A DNA stretch of 64,000 nucleotides from Nemertoderma westbladi (taxonomy: Eukaryota > Animalia > Xenacoelomorpha). The position numbers and the translations under genes were made by a program. The stretch covers positions 15,214 to 79,213 of the forward strand of contig JAUCBJ010000022.1 in NCBI GenBank assembly GCA_032718475.1, given 5' to 3'. Below, piece after piece: positions 1 through 15,000 of this stretch. The notes beneath the pieces were generated by a model. It had not been told where the DNA came from. It was given only the letters and a program-made list of their open reading frames with translations, and did not search any database. Position 1 is the first letter of the stretch; every line of letters begins with the position of its first letter.

Positions 1-3000
1 TTGTGAATCTGTTTGCCCTTACCCGCACTCACCTGTGATTGTGTATCTGTTTGCCCTTACCCGCACTCACCTGTGATTGTGAATCTGTTTGCCCTTACCC
101 GCACTCACCTGTGATTGTGAATCTGTTTGCCCTTACCCGCACTCACCTGTGATTGCGTATCTGTTTGCCCTTACACGCACTTTTCCGTATCTGTTTGCCC
201 TTACCCGCACTCACCTGTGATTGTGAATCTGTTTGCCCTTACCCGCACTCACCTGTGATTGTGTATCTGTTTGCCCTTACCCGCACTCACCTGTGATTGT
301 GAATCTGTTTGCCCTTACACGCACTTTTCCGTATCTGTTTGCTCTTACCCGCACTCACCTGTGATTGCGTATCTGTTTGCCCTTACCCGCACTCACCTGT
401 GATTGCGTATCTGTTTGCCCTTACCCGCACTCACCTGTGATTGCGTATCTGTTTGCCCTTACCCGCACTCACCTGTGATTGTGAATCTGTTTGCCCTTAC
501 ACGCACTTTTCCGTATCTGTTTGCTCTTACCCGCACTCACCTGTGATTGTGAATCTGTTTGCCCTTACACGCACTTTTCCGTATCTGTTTGCTCTTACCC
601 GCACTCACCTGTGATTGTGTATCTGTTTGCTCTTACCCGCACTCACCTGTGATTGTGAATCTGTTTGCCCTTACACGCACTTTTCCGTATCTGTTTGCTC
701 TTACCCGCACTCACCTGTGATTGTGTATCTGTTTGCCCTTACCCGCACTCACCTGTGATTGTGTATCTGTTTGCCCTTACCCGCACTCACCTGTGATTGT
801 GAATCTGTTTGCCCTTACACGCACTTTTCCGTATCTGTTTGCCCTTACCCGCACTCACCTGTGATTGTGAATCTGTTTGCCCTTACCCGCACTCACCTGT
901 GATTGTGTATCTGTTTGCCCTTACCCGCACTCACCTGTGATTGTGAATCTGTTTGCCCTTACACTTTTCCGTATCTGTTTGCCCTTACCCGCACTCACCT
1001 GTGATTGTGTATCTGTTTGCTCTTACCCGCACTCACCTGTGATTGTGTATCTGTTTGCCCTTACCCGCACTCACCTGTGATTGTGAATCTGTTTGCCCTT
1101 ACACGCACTTTTCCGTATCTGTTTGCCCTTACCCGCACTCACCTGTGATTGTGTATCTGTTTGCTCTTACCCGCACTCACCTGTGATTGTGTATCTGTTT
1201 GCCCTTACCCGCACTCACCTGTGATTGTGTATCTGTTTGCCCTTACCCGCACTCACCTGTGATTGTGAATCTGTTTGCCCTTACACGCACTTTTCCGTAT
1301 CTGTTTGCCCTTACCCGCACTCACCTGTGATTGTGTATCTGTTTGCTCTTACCCGCACTCACCTGTGATTGTGTATCTGTTTGCCCTTACCCGCACTCAC
1401 CTGTGATTGTGAATCTGTTTGCCCTTACACGCACTTTTCCGTATCTGTTTGCCCTTACCCGCACTCACCTGTGATTGTGTATCTGTTTGCTCTTACCCGC
1501 ACTCACCTGTGATTGTGTATCTGTTTGCCCTTACCCGCACTCACCTGTGATTGTGAATCTGTTTGCCCTTACACGCACTTTTCCGTATCTGTTTGCTCTT
1601 ACCCGCACTCACCTGTGATTGTGTATCTGTTTGCCCTTACCCGCACTCACCTGTGATTGTGTATCTGTTTGCCCTTACCCGCACTCACCTGTGATTGTGA
1701 ATCTGTTTGCCCTTACACGCACTTTTCCGTATCTGTTTGCCCTTACACGCACTTTTCCGTATCTGTTTGCCCTTACCCGCACTCACCCGTGATTGTGAAT
1801 CTGTTTGCTCTTACCCGCACTCACCTGTGATTGTGTATCTGTTTGCCCTTACCCGCACTCACCTGTGATTGTGTATCTGTTTGCTCTTACCCGCACTCAC
1901 CTGTGATTGCGTATCTGTTTGCCCTTACCCGCACTCACCTGTGATTGTGAATCTGTTTGCCCTTACACGCACTCACCTGTGATTGTGAATCTGTTTGCCC
2001 TTACACGCACTTTTCCGTATCTGTTTGCTCTTACCCGCACTCACCTGTGATTGTGTATCTGTTTGCCCTTACCCGCACTCACCTGTGATTGTGTATCTGT
2101 TTGCTCTTACCCGCACTCACCTGTGATTGTGTATCTGTTTGCCCTTACCCGCACTCACCTGTGATTGTGTATCTGTTTGCCCTTACCCGCACTCACCTGT
2201 GATTGTGTATCTGTTTGCTCTTACCCGCACTCACCTGTGATTGTGTATCTGTTTGCTCTTACCCGCACTCACCTGTGATTGTGTATCTGTTTGACCTTAC
2301 CCGCACTCACCTGTGATTGCGTATCTGTTTGCCCTTACCCGCACTCACCTGTGATTGTGTATCTGTTTGCTCTTACCCGCACTCACCTGTGATTGTGAAT
2401 CTGTTTGCCCTTACACGCACTTTTCCGTATCTGTTTGCCCTTACCCGCACTCACCTGTGATTGTGAATCTGTTTGCCCTTACACGCACTTTTCCGTATCT
2501 GTTTGCCCTTACCCGCACTCACCTGTGATTGTGAATCTGTTTGCCCTTACACGCACTTTTCCGTATCTGTTTGCTCTTACCCGCACTCACCTGTGATTGT
2601 GTATCTGTTTGCTCTTACCCGCACTCACCTGTGATTGTGTATCTGTTTGCCCTTACCCGCACTCACCTGTGATTGTGTATCTGTTTGCTCTTACCCGCAC
2701 TCACCTGTGATTGTGTATCTGTTTGACCTTACCCGCACTCACCTGTGATTGTGAATCTGTTTGCCCTTACACGCACTTTTCCGTATCTGTTTGCTCTTAC
2801 CCGCACTCACCTGTGATTGCGTATCTGTTTGACCTTACCCGCACTCACCTGTGATTGTGAATCTGTTTGCCCTTACACGCACTTTTCCGTATCTGTTTGC
2901 CCTTACCCGCACTCACCTGTGATTGTGTATCTGTTTGACCTTACCCGCACTCACCTGTGATTGTGAATCTGTTTGCCCTTACACGCACTTTTCCGTATCT

Positions 3001-6000
3001 GTTTGCCCTTACCCGCACTCACCTGTGATTGTGTATCTGTTTGCCCTTACCCGCACTCACCTGTGATTGCGTATCTGTTTGCTCTTACCCGCACTCACCT
3101 GTGATTGCGTATCTGTTTGCTCTTACCCGCACTCACCTGTGATTGCGTATCTGTTTGCCCTTACACGCACTTTTCCGTATCTGTTTGCTCTTACCCGCAC
3201 TCACCTGTGATTGTGTATCTGTTTGCCCTTACCCGCACTCACCTGTGATTGCGTATCTGTTTGCCCTTACACGCACTTTTCCGTATCTGTTTGCTCTTAC
3301 CCGCACTCACCTGTGATTGTGTATCTGTTTGCCCTTACCCGCACTCACCTGTGATTGTGTATCTGTTTGCTCTTACCCGCACTCACCTGTGATTGTGTAT
3401 CTGTTTGACCTTACCCGCACTCACCTGTGATTGTGAATCTGTTTGCCCTTACACGCACTTTTCCGTATCTGTTTGCTCTTACCCGCACTCACCTGTGATT
3501 GTGTATCTGTTTGACCTTACCCGCACTCACCTGTGATTGCGTATCTGTTTGCCCTTACCCGCACTCACCTGTGATTGTGTATCTGTTTGCTCTTACCCGC
3601 ACTCACCTGTGATTGTGAATCTGTTTGCCCTTACCCGCACTCACCTGTGATTGTGTATCTGTTTGCCCTTACCCGCACTCACCTGTGATTGTGTATCTGT
3701 TTGCCCTTACACGCACTTTTCCGTATCTGTTTGCTCTTACCCGCACTCACCTGTGATTGCGTATCTGTTTGCCCTTACACGCACTTTTCCGTATCTGTTT
3801 GCTCTTACCCGCACTCACCTGTGATTGTGTATCTGTTTGCCCTTACCCGCACTCACCTGTGATTGTGTATCTGTTTGCCCTTACCCGCACTCACCTGTGA
3901 TTGTGTATCTGTTTGCTCTTACCCGCACTCACCTGTGATTGTGTATCTGTTTGCTCTTACCCGCACTCACCTGTGATTGTGAATCTGTTTGCCCTTACCC
4001 GCACTCACCTGTGATTGTGTATCTGTTTGCCCTTACCCGCACTCACCTGTGATTGTGTATCTGTTTGCCCTTACACGCACTTTTCCGTATCTGTTTGCTC
4101 TTACCCGCACTCACCTGTGATTGTGTATCTGTTTGCCCTTACCCGCACTCACCTGTGATTGTGTATCTGTTTGCCCTTACCCGCACTCACCTGTGATTGT
4201 GTATCTGTTTGCTCTTACCCGCACTCACCTGTGATTGTGTATCTGTTTGCTCTTACCCGCACTCACCTGTGATTGTGAATCTGTTTGCCCTTACCCGCAC
4301 TCACCTGTGATTGTGTATCTGTTTGCCCTTACCCGCACTCACCTGTGATTGTGTATCTGTTTGCCCTTACACGCACTTTTCCGTATCTGTTTGCTCTTAC
4401 CCGCACTCACCTGTGATTGTGTATCTGTTTGCCCTTACCCGCACTCACCTGTGATTGCGTATCTGTTTGCCCTTACCCGCACTCACCTGTGATTGTGTAT
4501 CTGTTTGCTCTTACCCGCACTCACCTGTGATTGTGAATCTGTTTGCCCTTACCCGCACTCACCTGTGATTGTGTATCTGTTTGCCCTTACCCGCACTCAC
4601 CTGTGATTGTGTATCTGTTTGCCCTTACACGCACTTTTCCGTATCTGTTTGCTCTTACCCGCACTCACCTGTGATTGCGTATCTGTTTGCCCTTACACGC
4701 ACTTTTCCGTATCTGTTTGCTCTTACCCGCACTCACCTGTGATTGTGTATCTGTTTGCCCTTACCCGCACTCACCTGTGATTGTGTATCTGTTTGCCCTT
4801 ACACGCACTTTTCCGTATCTGTTTGCTCTTACCCGCACTCACCTGTGATTGCGTATCTGTTTGCCCTTACACGCACTTTTCCGTATCTGTTTGCTCTTAC
4901 CCGCACTCACCTGTGATTGTGTATCTGTTTGCCCTTACACGCACTTTTCCGTATCTGTTTGCTCTTACCCGCACTCACCTGTGATTGTGTATCTGTTTGC
5001 CCTTACCCGCACTCACCTGTGATTGCGTATCTGTTTGCCCTTACACGCACTCACCTGTGATTGCGTATCTGTTTGCCCTTACACGCACTTTTCCGTATCT
5101 GTTTGCTCTTACCCGCACTCACCTGTGATTGTGTATCTGTTTGCCCTTACCCGCACTCACCTGTGATTGTGTATCTGTTTGCCCTTACACGCACTTTTCC
5201 GTATCTGTTTGCCCTTACCCGCACTCACCTGTGATTGTGTATCTGTTTGCCCTTACCCGCACTCACCTGTGATTGTGTATCTGTTTGCCCTTACACGCAC
5301 TTTTCCGTATCTGTTTGCTCTTACCCGCACTCACCTGTGATTGTGTATCTGTTTGCCCTTACCCGCACTCACCTGTGATTGTGTATCTGTTTGCTCTTAC
5401 CCGCACTCACCTGTGATTGTGTATCTGTTTGCCCTTACCCGCACTCACCTGTGATTGTGTATCTGTTTGCTCTTACCCGCACTCACCTGTGATTGTGAAT
5501 CTGTTTGCCCTTACCCGCACTCACCTGTGATTGTGAATCTGTTTGCCCTTACACGCACTTTTCCGTATCTGTTTGCTCTTACCCGCACTCACCTGTGATT
5601 GTGAATCTGTTTGCCCTTACACGCACTTTTCCGTATCTGTTTGCTCTTACCCGCACTCACCTGTGATTGTGAATCTGTTTGCCCTTACACGCACTTTTCC
5701 GTATCTGTTTGCTCTTACCCGCACTCACCTGTGATTGTGAATCTGTTTGCCCTTACACGCACTTTTCCGTATCTGTTTGCTCTTACCCGCACTCACCTGT
5801 GATTGTGAATCTGTTTGCCCTTACACGCACTTTTCCGTATCTGTTTGCTCTTACCCGCACTCACCTGTGATTGTCTATCTGTTTGCCCTTACCCGCACTC
5901 ACCTGTGATTGTGTATCTGTTTGCTCTTACCCGCACTCACCTGTGATTGTGAATCTGTTTGCCCTTACCCGCACTCACCCGTGATTGTGTATCTGTTTGC

Positions 6001-9000
6001 CCTTACCCGCACTCACCTGTGATTGTGAATCTGTTTGCCCTTACACGCACTTTTCCGTATCTGTTTGCTCTTACCCGCACTCACCTGTGATTGTGTATCT
6101 GTTTGCCCTTACACGCACTTTTCCGTATCTGTTTGCCCTTACACGCACTTTTCCGTATCTGTTTGCTCTTACCCGCACTCACCTGTGATTGTGAATCTGT
6201 TTGCCCTTACACGCACTTTTCCGTATCTGTTTGCTCTTACCCGCACTCACCTGTGATTGTGTATCTGTTTGCCCTTACCCGCACTCACCTGTGATTGTGA
6301 ATCTGTTTGCCCTTACACGCACTTTTCCGTATCTGTTTGCTCTTACCCGCACTCACCTGTGATTGTGTATCTGTTTGCCCTTACACGCACTTTTCCGTAT
6401 CTGTTTGCTCTTACCCGCACTCACCTGTGATTGTGTATCTGTTTGCCCTTACCCGCACTCACCTGTGATTGTGAATCTGTTTGCCCTTACACGCACTTTT
6501 CCGTATCTGTTTGCTCTTACCCGCACTCACCTGTGATTGTGTATCTGTTTGCCCTTACCCGCACTCACCTGTGATTGTGAATCTGTTTGCTCTTACACGC
6601 ACTTTTCCGTATCTGTTTGCCCTTACCCGCACTCACCTGTGATTGTGTATCTGTTTGCTCTTACACGCACTTTTCCGTATCTGTTTGCCCTTACACGCAC
6701 TTTTCCGTATCTGTTTGCCCTTACCCGCACTCACCTGTGATTGTGTATCTGTTTGCTCTTACACGCACTTTTCCGTATCTGTTTGCTCTTACCCGCACTC
6801 ACCTGTGATTGCGTATCTGTTTGCTCTTACACGCACTTTTCCGTATCTGTTTGCTCTTACCCGCACTCACCTGTGATTGTGAATCTGTTTGCCCTTACAC
6901 GCACTTTTCCGTATCTGTTTGCTCTTACCCGCACTCACCTGTGATTGTGTATCTGTTTGCCCTTACACGCACTTTTCCGTATCTGTTTGCTCTTACCCGC
7001 ACTCACCTGTGATTGTGTATCTGTTTGCCCTTACCCGCACTCACCTGTGATTGTGAATCTGTTTGCCCTTACACGCACTTTTCCGTATCTGTTTGCTCTT
7101 ACCCGCACTCACCTGTGATTGTGTATCTGTTTGCCCTTACCCGCACTCACCTGTGATTGTGAATCTGTTTGCCCTTACACGCACTTTTCCGTATCTGTTT
7201 GCTCTTACCCGCACTCACCTGTGATTGTGAATCTGTTTGCCCTTACACGCACTTTTCCGTATCTGTTTGCCCTTACCCGCACTCACCTGTGATTGTGAAT
7301 CTGTTTGCCCTTACACGCACTTTTCCGTATCTGTTTGCTCTTACCCGCACTCACCTGTGATTGTGAATCTGTTTGCCCTTACACGCACTTTTCCGTATCT
7401 GTTTGCCCTTACCCGCACTCACCTGTGATTGTGAATCTGTTTGCCCTTACACGCACTTTTCCGTATCTGTTTGCTCTTACCCGCACTCACCTGTGATTGT
7501 GTATCTGTTTGCTCTTACACGCACTTTTCCGTATCTGTTTGCTCTTACCCGCACTCACCTGTGATTGTGTATCTGTTTGCCCTTACCCGCACTCACCTGT
7601 GATTGTGTATCTGTTTGCTCTTACCCGCACTCACCTGTGATTGTGAATCTGTTTGCCCTTACACGCACTTTTCCGTATCTGTTTGCTCTTACCCGCACTC
7701 ACCTGTGATTGTGAATCTGTTTGCCCTTACACGCACTTTTCCGTATCTGTTTGCCCTTACCCGCACTCACCTGTGATTGTGAATCTGTTTGCCCTTACAC
7801 GCACTTTTCCGTATCTGTTTGCTCTTACCCGCACTCACCTGTGATTGTGAATCTGTTTGCCCTTACACGCACTTTTCCGTATCTGTTTGCTCTTACCCGC
7901 ACTCACCTGTGATTGTGTATCTGTTTGCCCTTACCCGCACTCACCTGTGATTGTGTATCTGTTTGCTCTTACCCGCACTCACCTGTGATTGTGAATCTGT
8001 TTGCCCTTACACGCACTTTTCCGTATCTGTTTGCTCTTACCCGCACTCACCTGTGATTGTGAATCTGTTTGCCCTTACCCGCACTCACCTGTGATTGTGA
8101 ATCTGTTTGCCCTTACACGCACTTTTCCGTATCTGTTTGCTCTTACCCGCACTCACCTGTGATTGTGTATCTGTTTGCCCTTACACGCACTTTTCCGTAT
8201 CTGTTTGCCCTTACCCGCACTCACCTGTGATTGTGAATCTGTTTGCCCTTACACGCACTTTTCCGTATCTGTTTGCTCTTACCCGCACTCACCTGTGATT
8301 GTGAATCTGTTTGCCCTTACACGCACTTTTCCGTATCTGTTTGCTCTTACCCGCACTCACCTGTGATTGTGTATCTGTTTGCCCTTACCCGCACTCACCT
8401 GTGATTGTGTATCTGTTTGCTCTTACCCGCACTCACCTGTGATTGTGAATCTGTTTGCCCTTACACGCACTTTTCCGTATCTGTTTGCTCTTACCCGCAC
8501 TCACCTGTGATTGTGAATCTGTTTGCCCTTACACGCACTTTTCCGTATCTGTTTGCCCTTACACGCACTTTTCCGTATCTGTTTGCTCTTACCCGCACTC
8601 ACCTGTGATTGCGTATCTGTTTGCTCTTACCCGCACTCACCTGTGATTGTGAATCTGTTTGCCCTTACACGCACTTTTCCGTATCTGTTTGCTCTTACCC
8701 GCACTCACCTGTGATTGTGTATCTGTTTGCCCTTACCCGCACTCACCTGTGATTGTGTATCTGTTTGCTCTTACCCGCACTCACCTGTGATTGTGAATCT
8801 GTTTGCCCTTACACGCACTTTTCCGTATCTGTTTGCTCTTACCCGCACTCACCTGTGATTGTGTATCTGTTTGCCCTTACCCGCACTCACCTGTGATTGT
8901 GTATCTGTTTGCTCTTACCCGCACTCACCTGTGATTGTGTATCTGTTTGCTCTTACCCGCACTCACCTGTGATTGTGTATCTGTTTGCCCTTACACGCAC

Positions 9001-12000
9001 TTTTCCGTATCTGTTTGCTCTTACCCGCACTCACCTGTGATTGTGTATCTGTTTGCCCTTACCCGCACTCACCTGTGATTGTGTATCTGTTTGCTCTTAC
9101 CCGCACTCACCTGTGATTGTGAATCTGTTTGCCCTTACACGCACTTTTCCGTATCTGTTTGCTCTTACCCGCACTCACCTGTGATTGTGTATCTGTTTGC
9201 TCTTACCCGCACTCACCTGTGATTGTGAATCTGTTTGCTCTTACCCGCACTCACCTGTGATTGTGAATCTGTTTGCCCTTACACGCACTTTTCCGTATCT
9301 GTTTGCTCTTACCCGCACTCACCTGTGATTGCGTATCTGTTTGCTCTTACCCGCACTCACCTGTGATTGTGAATCTGTTTGCCCTTACACGCACTTTTCC
9401 GTATCTGTTTGCTCTTACCCGCACTCACCTGTGATTGTGTATCTGTTTGCCCTTACCCGCACTCACCTGTGATTGTGTATCTGTTTGCTCTTACCCGCAC
9501 TCACCTGTGATTGTGAATCTGTTTGCCCTTACACGCACTTTTCCGTATCTGTTTGCTCTTACCCGCACTCACCTGTGATTGTGTATCTGTTTGCCCTTAC
9601 CCGCACTCACCTGTGATTGTGTATCTGTTTGCTCTTACCCGCACTCACCTGTGATTGTGTATCTGTTTGCTCTTACCCGCACTCACCTGTGATTGTGTAT
9701 CTGTTTGCCCTTACACGCACTTTTCCGTATCTGTTTGCTCTTACCCGCACTCACCTGTGATTGTGTATCTGTTTGCCCTTACCCGCACTCACCTGTGATT
9801 GTGTATCTGTTTGCTCTTACCCGCACTCACCTGTGATTGTGAATCTGTTTGCCCTTACACGCACTTTTCCGTATCTGTTTGCTCTTACCCGCACTCACCT
9901 GTGATTGTGTATCTGTTTGCTCTTACCCGCACTCACCTGTGATTGTGTATCTGTTTGCCCTTACCCGCACTCACCTGTGATTGTGTATCTGTTTGCTCTT
10001 ACCCGCACTCACCTGTGATTGTGTATCTGTTTGCCCTTACACGCACTTTTCCGTATCTGTTTGCCCTTACACGCACTTTTCCGTATCTGTTTGCTCTTAC
10101 CCGCACTCACCTGTGATTGTGTATCTGTTTGCCCTTACCCGCACTCACCTGTGATTGTGTATCTGTTTGCTCTTACCCGCACTCACCTGTGATTGTGTAT
10201 CTGTTTGCTCTTACCCGCACTCACCTGTGATTGTGTATCTGTTTGCTCTTACCCGCACTCACCTGTGATTGTGTATCTGTTTGCCCTTACACGCACTTTT
10301 CCGTATCTGTTTGCCCTTACACGCACTTTTCCGTATCTGTTTGCTCTTACCCGCACTCACCTGTGATTGTGTATCTGTTTGCCCTTACCCGCACTCACCT
10401 GTGATTGTGTATCTGTTTGCTCTTACCCGCACTCACCTGTGATTGTGTATCTGTTTGCCCTTACACGCACTTTTCCGTATCTGTTTGCTCTTACCCGCAC
10501 TCACCTGTGATTGTGAATCTGTTTGCCCTTACACGCACTTTTCCGTATCTGTTTGCTCTTACCCGCACTCACCTGTGATTGTGTATCTGTTTGCTCTTAC
10601 CCGCACTCACCTGTGATTGTGTATCTGTTTGCCCTTACACGCACTTTTCCGTATCTGTTTGCCCTTACACGCACTTTTCCGTATCTGTTTGCTCTTACCC
10701 GCACTCACCTGTGATTGCGTATCTGTTTGCTCTTACCCGCACTCACCTGTGATTGTGAATCTGTTTGCCCTTACCCGCACTCACCTGTGATTGTGTATCT
10801 GTTTGCTCTTACCCGCACTCACCTGTGATTGTGAATCTGTTTGCCCTTACACGCACTTTTCCGTATCTGTTTGCTCTTACACGCACTTTTCCGTATCTGT
10901 TTGCTCTTACCCGCACTCACCTGTGATTGCGTATCTGTTTGCTCTTACCCGCACTCACCTGTGATTGTGAATCTGTTTGCCCTTACCCGCACTCACCTGT
11001 GATTGTGTATCTGTTTGCTCTTACCCGCACTCACCTGTGATTGTGAATCTGTTTGCCCTTACACGCACTTTTCCGTATCTGTTTGCTCTTACCCGCACTC
11101 ACCTGTGATTGTGTATCTGTTTGCCCTTACCCGCACTCACCTGTGATTGTGAATCTGTTTGCCCTTACACGCACTTTTCCGTATCTGTTTGCTCTTACCC
11201 GCACTCACCTGTGATTGCGTATCTGTTTGCTCTTACCCGCACTCACCTGTGATTGTGAATCTGTTTGCCCTTACACGCACTTTTCCGTATCTGTTTGCTC
11301 TTACCCGCACTCACCTGTGATTGTGTATCTGTTTGCCCTTACCCGCACTCACCTGTGATTGTGTATCTGTTTGCTCTTACCCGCACTCACCTGTGATTGT
11401 GAATCTGTTTGCCCTTACACGCACTTTTCCGTATCTGTTTGCTCTTACCCGCACTCACCTGTGATTGTGTATCTGTTTGCCCTTACCCGCACTCACCTGT
11501 GATTGTGTATCTGTTTGCTCTTACCCGCACTCACCTGTGATTGTGTATCTGTTTGCTCTTACCCGCACTCACCTGTGATTGTGTATCTGTTTGCTCTTAC
11601 CCGCACTCACCTGTGATTGTGTATCTGTTTGCTCTTACCCGCACTCACCTGTGATTGTGTATCTGTTTGCCCTTACACGCACTTTTCCGTATCTGTTTGC
11701 CCTTACACGCACTTTTCCGTATCTGTTTGCTCTTACCCGCACTCACCTGTGATTGTGTATCTGTTTGCCCTTACCCGCACTCACCTGTGATTGTGTATCT
11801 GTTTGCTCTTACCCGCACTCACCTGTGATTGTGTATCTGTTTGCTCTTACCCGCACTCACCTGTGATTGTGTATCTGTTTGCTCTTACCCGCACTCACCT
11901 GTGATTGTGTATCTGTTTGCCCTTACACGCACTTTTCCGTATCTGTTTGCCCTTACACGCACTTTTCCGTATCTGTTTGCTCTTACCCGCACTCACCTGT

Positions 12001-15000
12001 GATTGTGTATCTGTTTGCCCTTACCCGCACTCACCTGTGATTGTGTATCTGTTTGCTCTTACCCGCACTCACCTGTGATTGTGTATCTGTTTGCTCTTAC
12101 CCGCACTCACCTGTGATTGTGTATCTGTTTGCTCTTACCCGCACTCACCTGTGATTGTGTATCTGTTTGCCCTTACACGCACTTTTCCGTATCTGTTTGC
12201 CCTTACACGCACTTTTCCGTATCTGTTTGCTCTTACCCGCACTCACCTGTGATTGTGTATCTGTTTGCTCTTACACGCACTTTTCCGTATCTGTTTGCTC
12301 TTACCCGCACTCACCTGTGATTGTGTATCTGTTTGCCCTTACCCGCACTCACCTGTGATTGTGTATCTGTTTGCTCTTACCCGCACTCACCTGTGATTGT
12401 GTATCTGTTTGCTCTTACCCGCACTCACCTGTGATTGTGTATCTGTTTGCTCTTACCCGCACTCACCTGTGATTGTGAATCTGTTTGCCCTTACACGCAC
12501 TTTTCCGTATCTGTTTGCTCTTACCCGCACTCACCTGTGATTGTGTATCTGTTTGACCTTACCCGCACTCACCTGTGATTGTGTATCTGTTTGCTCTTAC
12601 CCGCACTCACCTGTGATTGTGTATCTGTTTGCCCTTACACGCACTTTTCCGTATCTGTTTGCTCTTACCCGCACTCACCTGTGATTGTGTATCTGTTTGC
12701 TCTTACCCGCACTCACCTGTGATTGTGTATCTGTTTGCTCTTACCCGCACTCACCTGTGATTGTGTATCTGTTTGCCCTTACACGCACTTTTCCGTATCT
12801 GTTTGCCCTTACACGCACTTTTCCGTATCTGTTTGCTCTTACCCGCACTCACCTGTGATTGTGTATCTGTTTGCCCTTACCCGCACTCACCTGTGATTGT
12901 GTATCTGTTTGCTCTTACCCGCACTCACCTGTGATTGTGTATCTGTTTGCCCTTACACGCACTTTTCCGTATCTGTTTGCTCTTACCCGCACTCACCTGT
13001 GATTGTGTATCTGTTTGCTCTTACCCGCACTCACCTGTGATTGTGTATCTGTTTGCCCTTACCCGCACTCACCTGTGATTGTGTATCTGTTTGCTCTTAC
13101 CCGCACTCACCTGTGATTGTGAATCTGTTTGCCCTTACACGCACTTTTCCGTATCTGTTTGCTCTTACCCGCACTCACCTGTGATTGTGAATCTGTTTGC
13201 CCTTACCCGCACTCACCTGTGATTGTGTATCTGTTTGCTCTTACCCGCACTCACCTGTGATTGTGAATCTGTTTGCCCTTACACGCACTTTTCCGTATCT
13301 GTTTGCTCTTACCCGCACTCACCTGTGATTGTGTATCTGTTTGCCCTTACCCGCACTCACCTGTGATTGTGTATCTGTTTGCTCTTACCCGCACTCACCT
13401 GTGATTGTGAATCTGTTTGCCCTTACACGCACTTTTCCGTATCTGTTTGCCCTTACACGCACTTTTCCGTATCTGTTTGCTCTTACCCGCACTCACCTGT
13501 GATTGTGTATCTGTTTGCCCTTACCCGCACTCACCTGTGATTGTGTATCTGTTTGCTCTTACCCGCACTCACCTGTGATTGTGTATCTGTTTGCCCTTAC
13601 CCGCACTCACCTGTGATTGTGTATCTGTTTGCTCTTACCCGCACTCACCTGTGATTGTGTATCTGTTTGCCCTTACCCGCACTCACCTGTGATTGTGTAT
13701 CTGTTTGCTCTTACCCGCACTCACCTGTGATTGTGTATCTGTTTGACCTTACCCGCACTCACCTGTGATTGCGTATCTGTTTGCCCTTACCCGCACTCAC
13801 CTGTGATTGTGAATCTGTTTGCCCTTACACGCACTTTTCCGTATCTGTTTGCCCTTACCCGCACTCACCTGTGATTGTGAATCTGTTTGCCCTTACACGC
13901 ACTTTTCCGTATCTGTTTGCCCTTACCCGCACTCACCTGTGATTGCGTATCTGTTTGCCCTTACCCGCACTCACCTGTGATTGCGTATCTGTTTGCCCTT
14001 ACCCGCACTCACCTGTGATTGCGTATCTGTTTGCCCTTACCCGCACTCACCTGTGATTGTGAATCTGTTTGCCCTTACACGCACTTTTCCGTATCTGTTT
14101 GCTCTTACCCGCACTCACCTGTGATTGCGTATCTGTTTGCCCTTACCCGCACTCACCTGTGATTGTGAATCTGTTTGCCCTTACCCGCACTCACCTGTGA
14201 TTGTGAATCTGTTTGCCCTTACACGCACTCACCTGTGATTGTGTATCTGTTTGCTCTTACCCGCACTCACCTGTGATTGCGTATCTGTTTGCCCTTACCC
14301 GCACTCACCTGTGATTGCGTATCTGTTTGCCCTTACCCGCACTCACCTGTGATTGCGTATCTGTTTGCCCTTACCCGCACTCACCTGTGAATGTGAATCT
14401 GTTTGCCCTTACACGCACTCACCTGTGATTGTGTATCTGTTTGCTCTTACCCGCACTCACCTGTGATTGCGTATCTGTTTGCCCTTACCCGCACTCACCT
14501 GTGATTGTGTATCTGTTTGCCCTTACCCGCACTCACCTGTGATTGTGAATCTGTTTGCCCTTACCCGCACTCACCTGTGATTGCGTATCTGTTTGCCCTT
14601 ACCCGCACTCACCTGTGATTGCGTATCTGTTTGCCCTTACCCGCACTCACCTGTGATTGCGTATCTGTTTGCCCTTACCCGCACTCACCTGTGATTGTGA
14701 ATCTGTTTGCCCTTACCCGCACTCACCTGTGATTGCGTATCTGTTTGCCCTTACCCGCACTCACCTGTGATTGCGTATCTGTTTGCCCTTACCCGCACTC
14801 ACCTGTGATTGTGAATCTGTTTGCCCTTACACGCACTCACCTGTGATTGTGTATCTGTTTGCTCTTACCCGCACTCACCTGTGATTGCGTATCTGTTTGC
14901 CCTTACCCGCACTCACCTGTGATTGTGAATCTGTTTGCCCTTACCCGCACTCACCTGTGATTGTGAATCTGTTTGCCCTTACACGCACTCACCTGTGATT

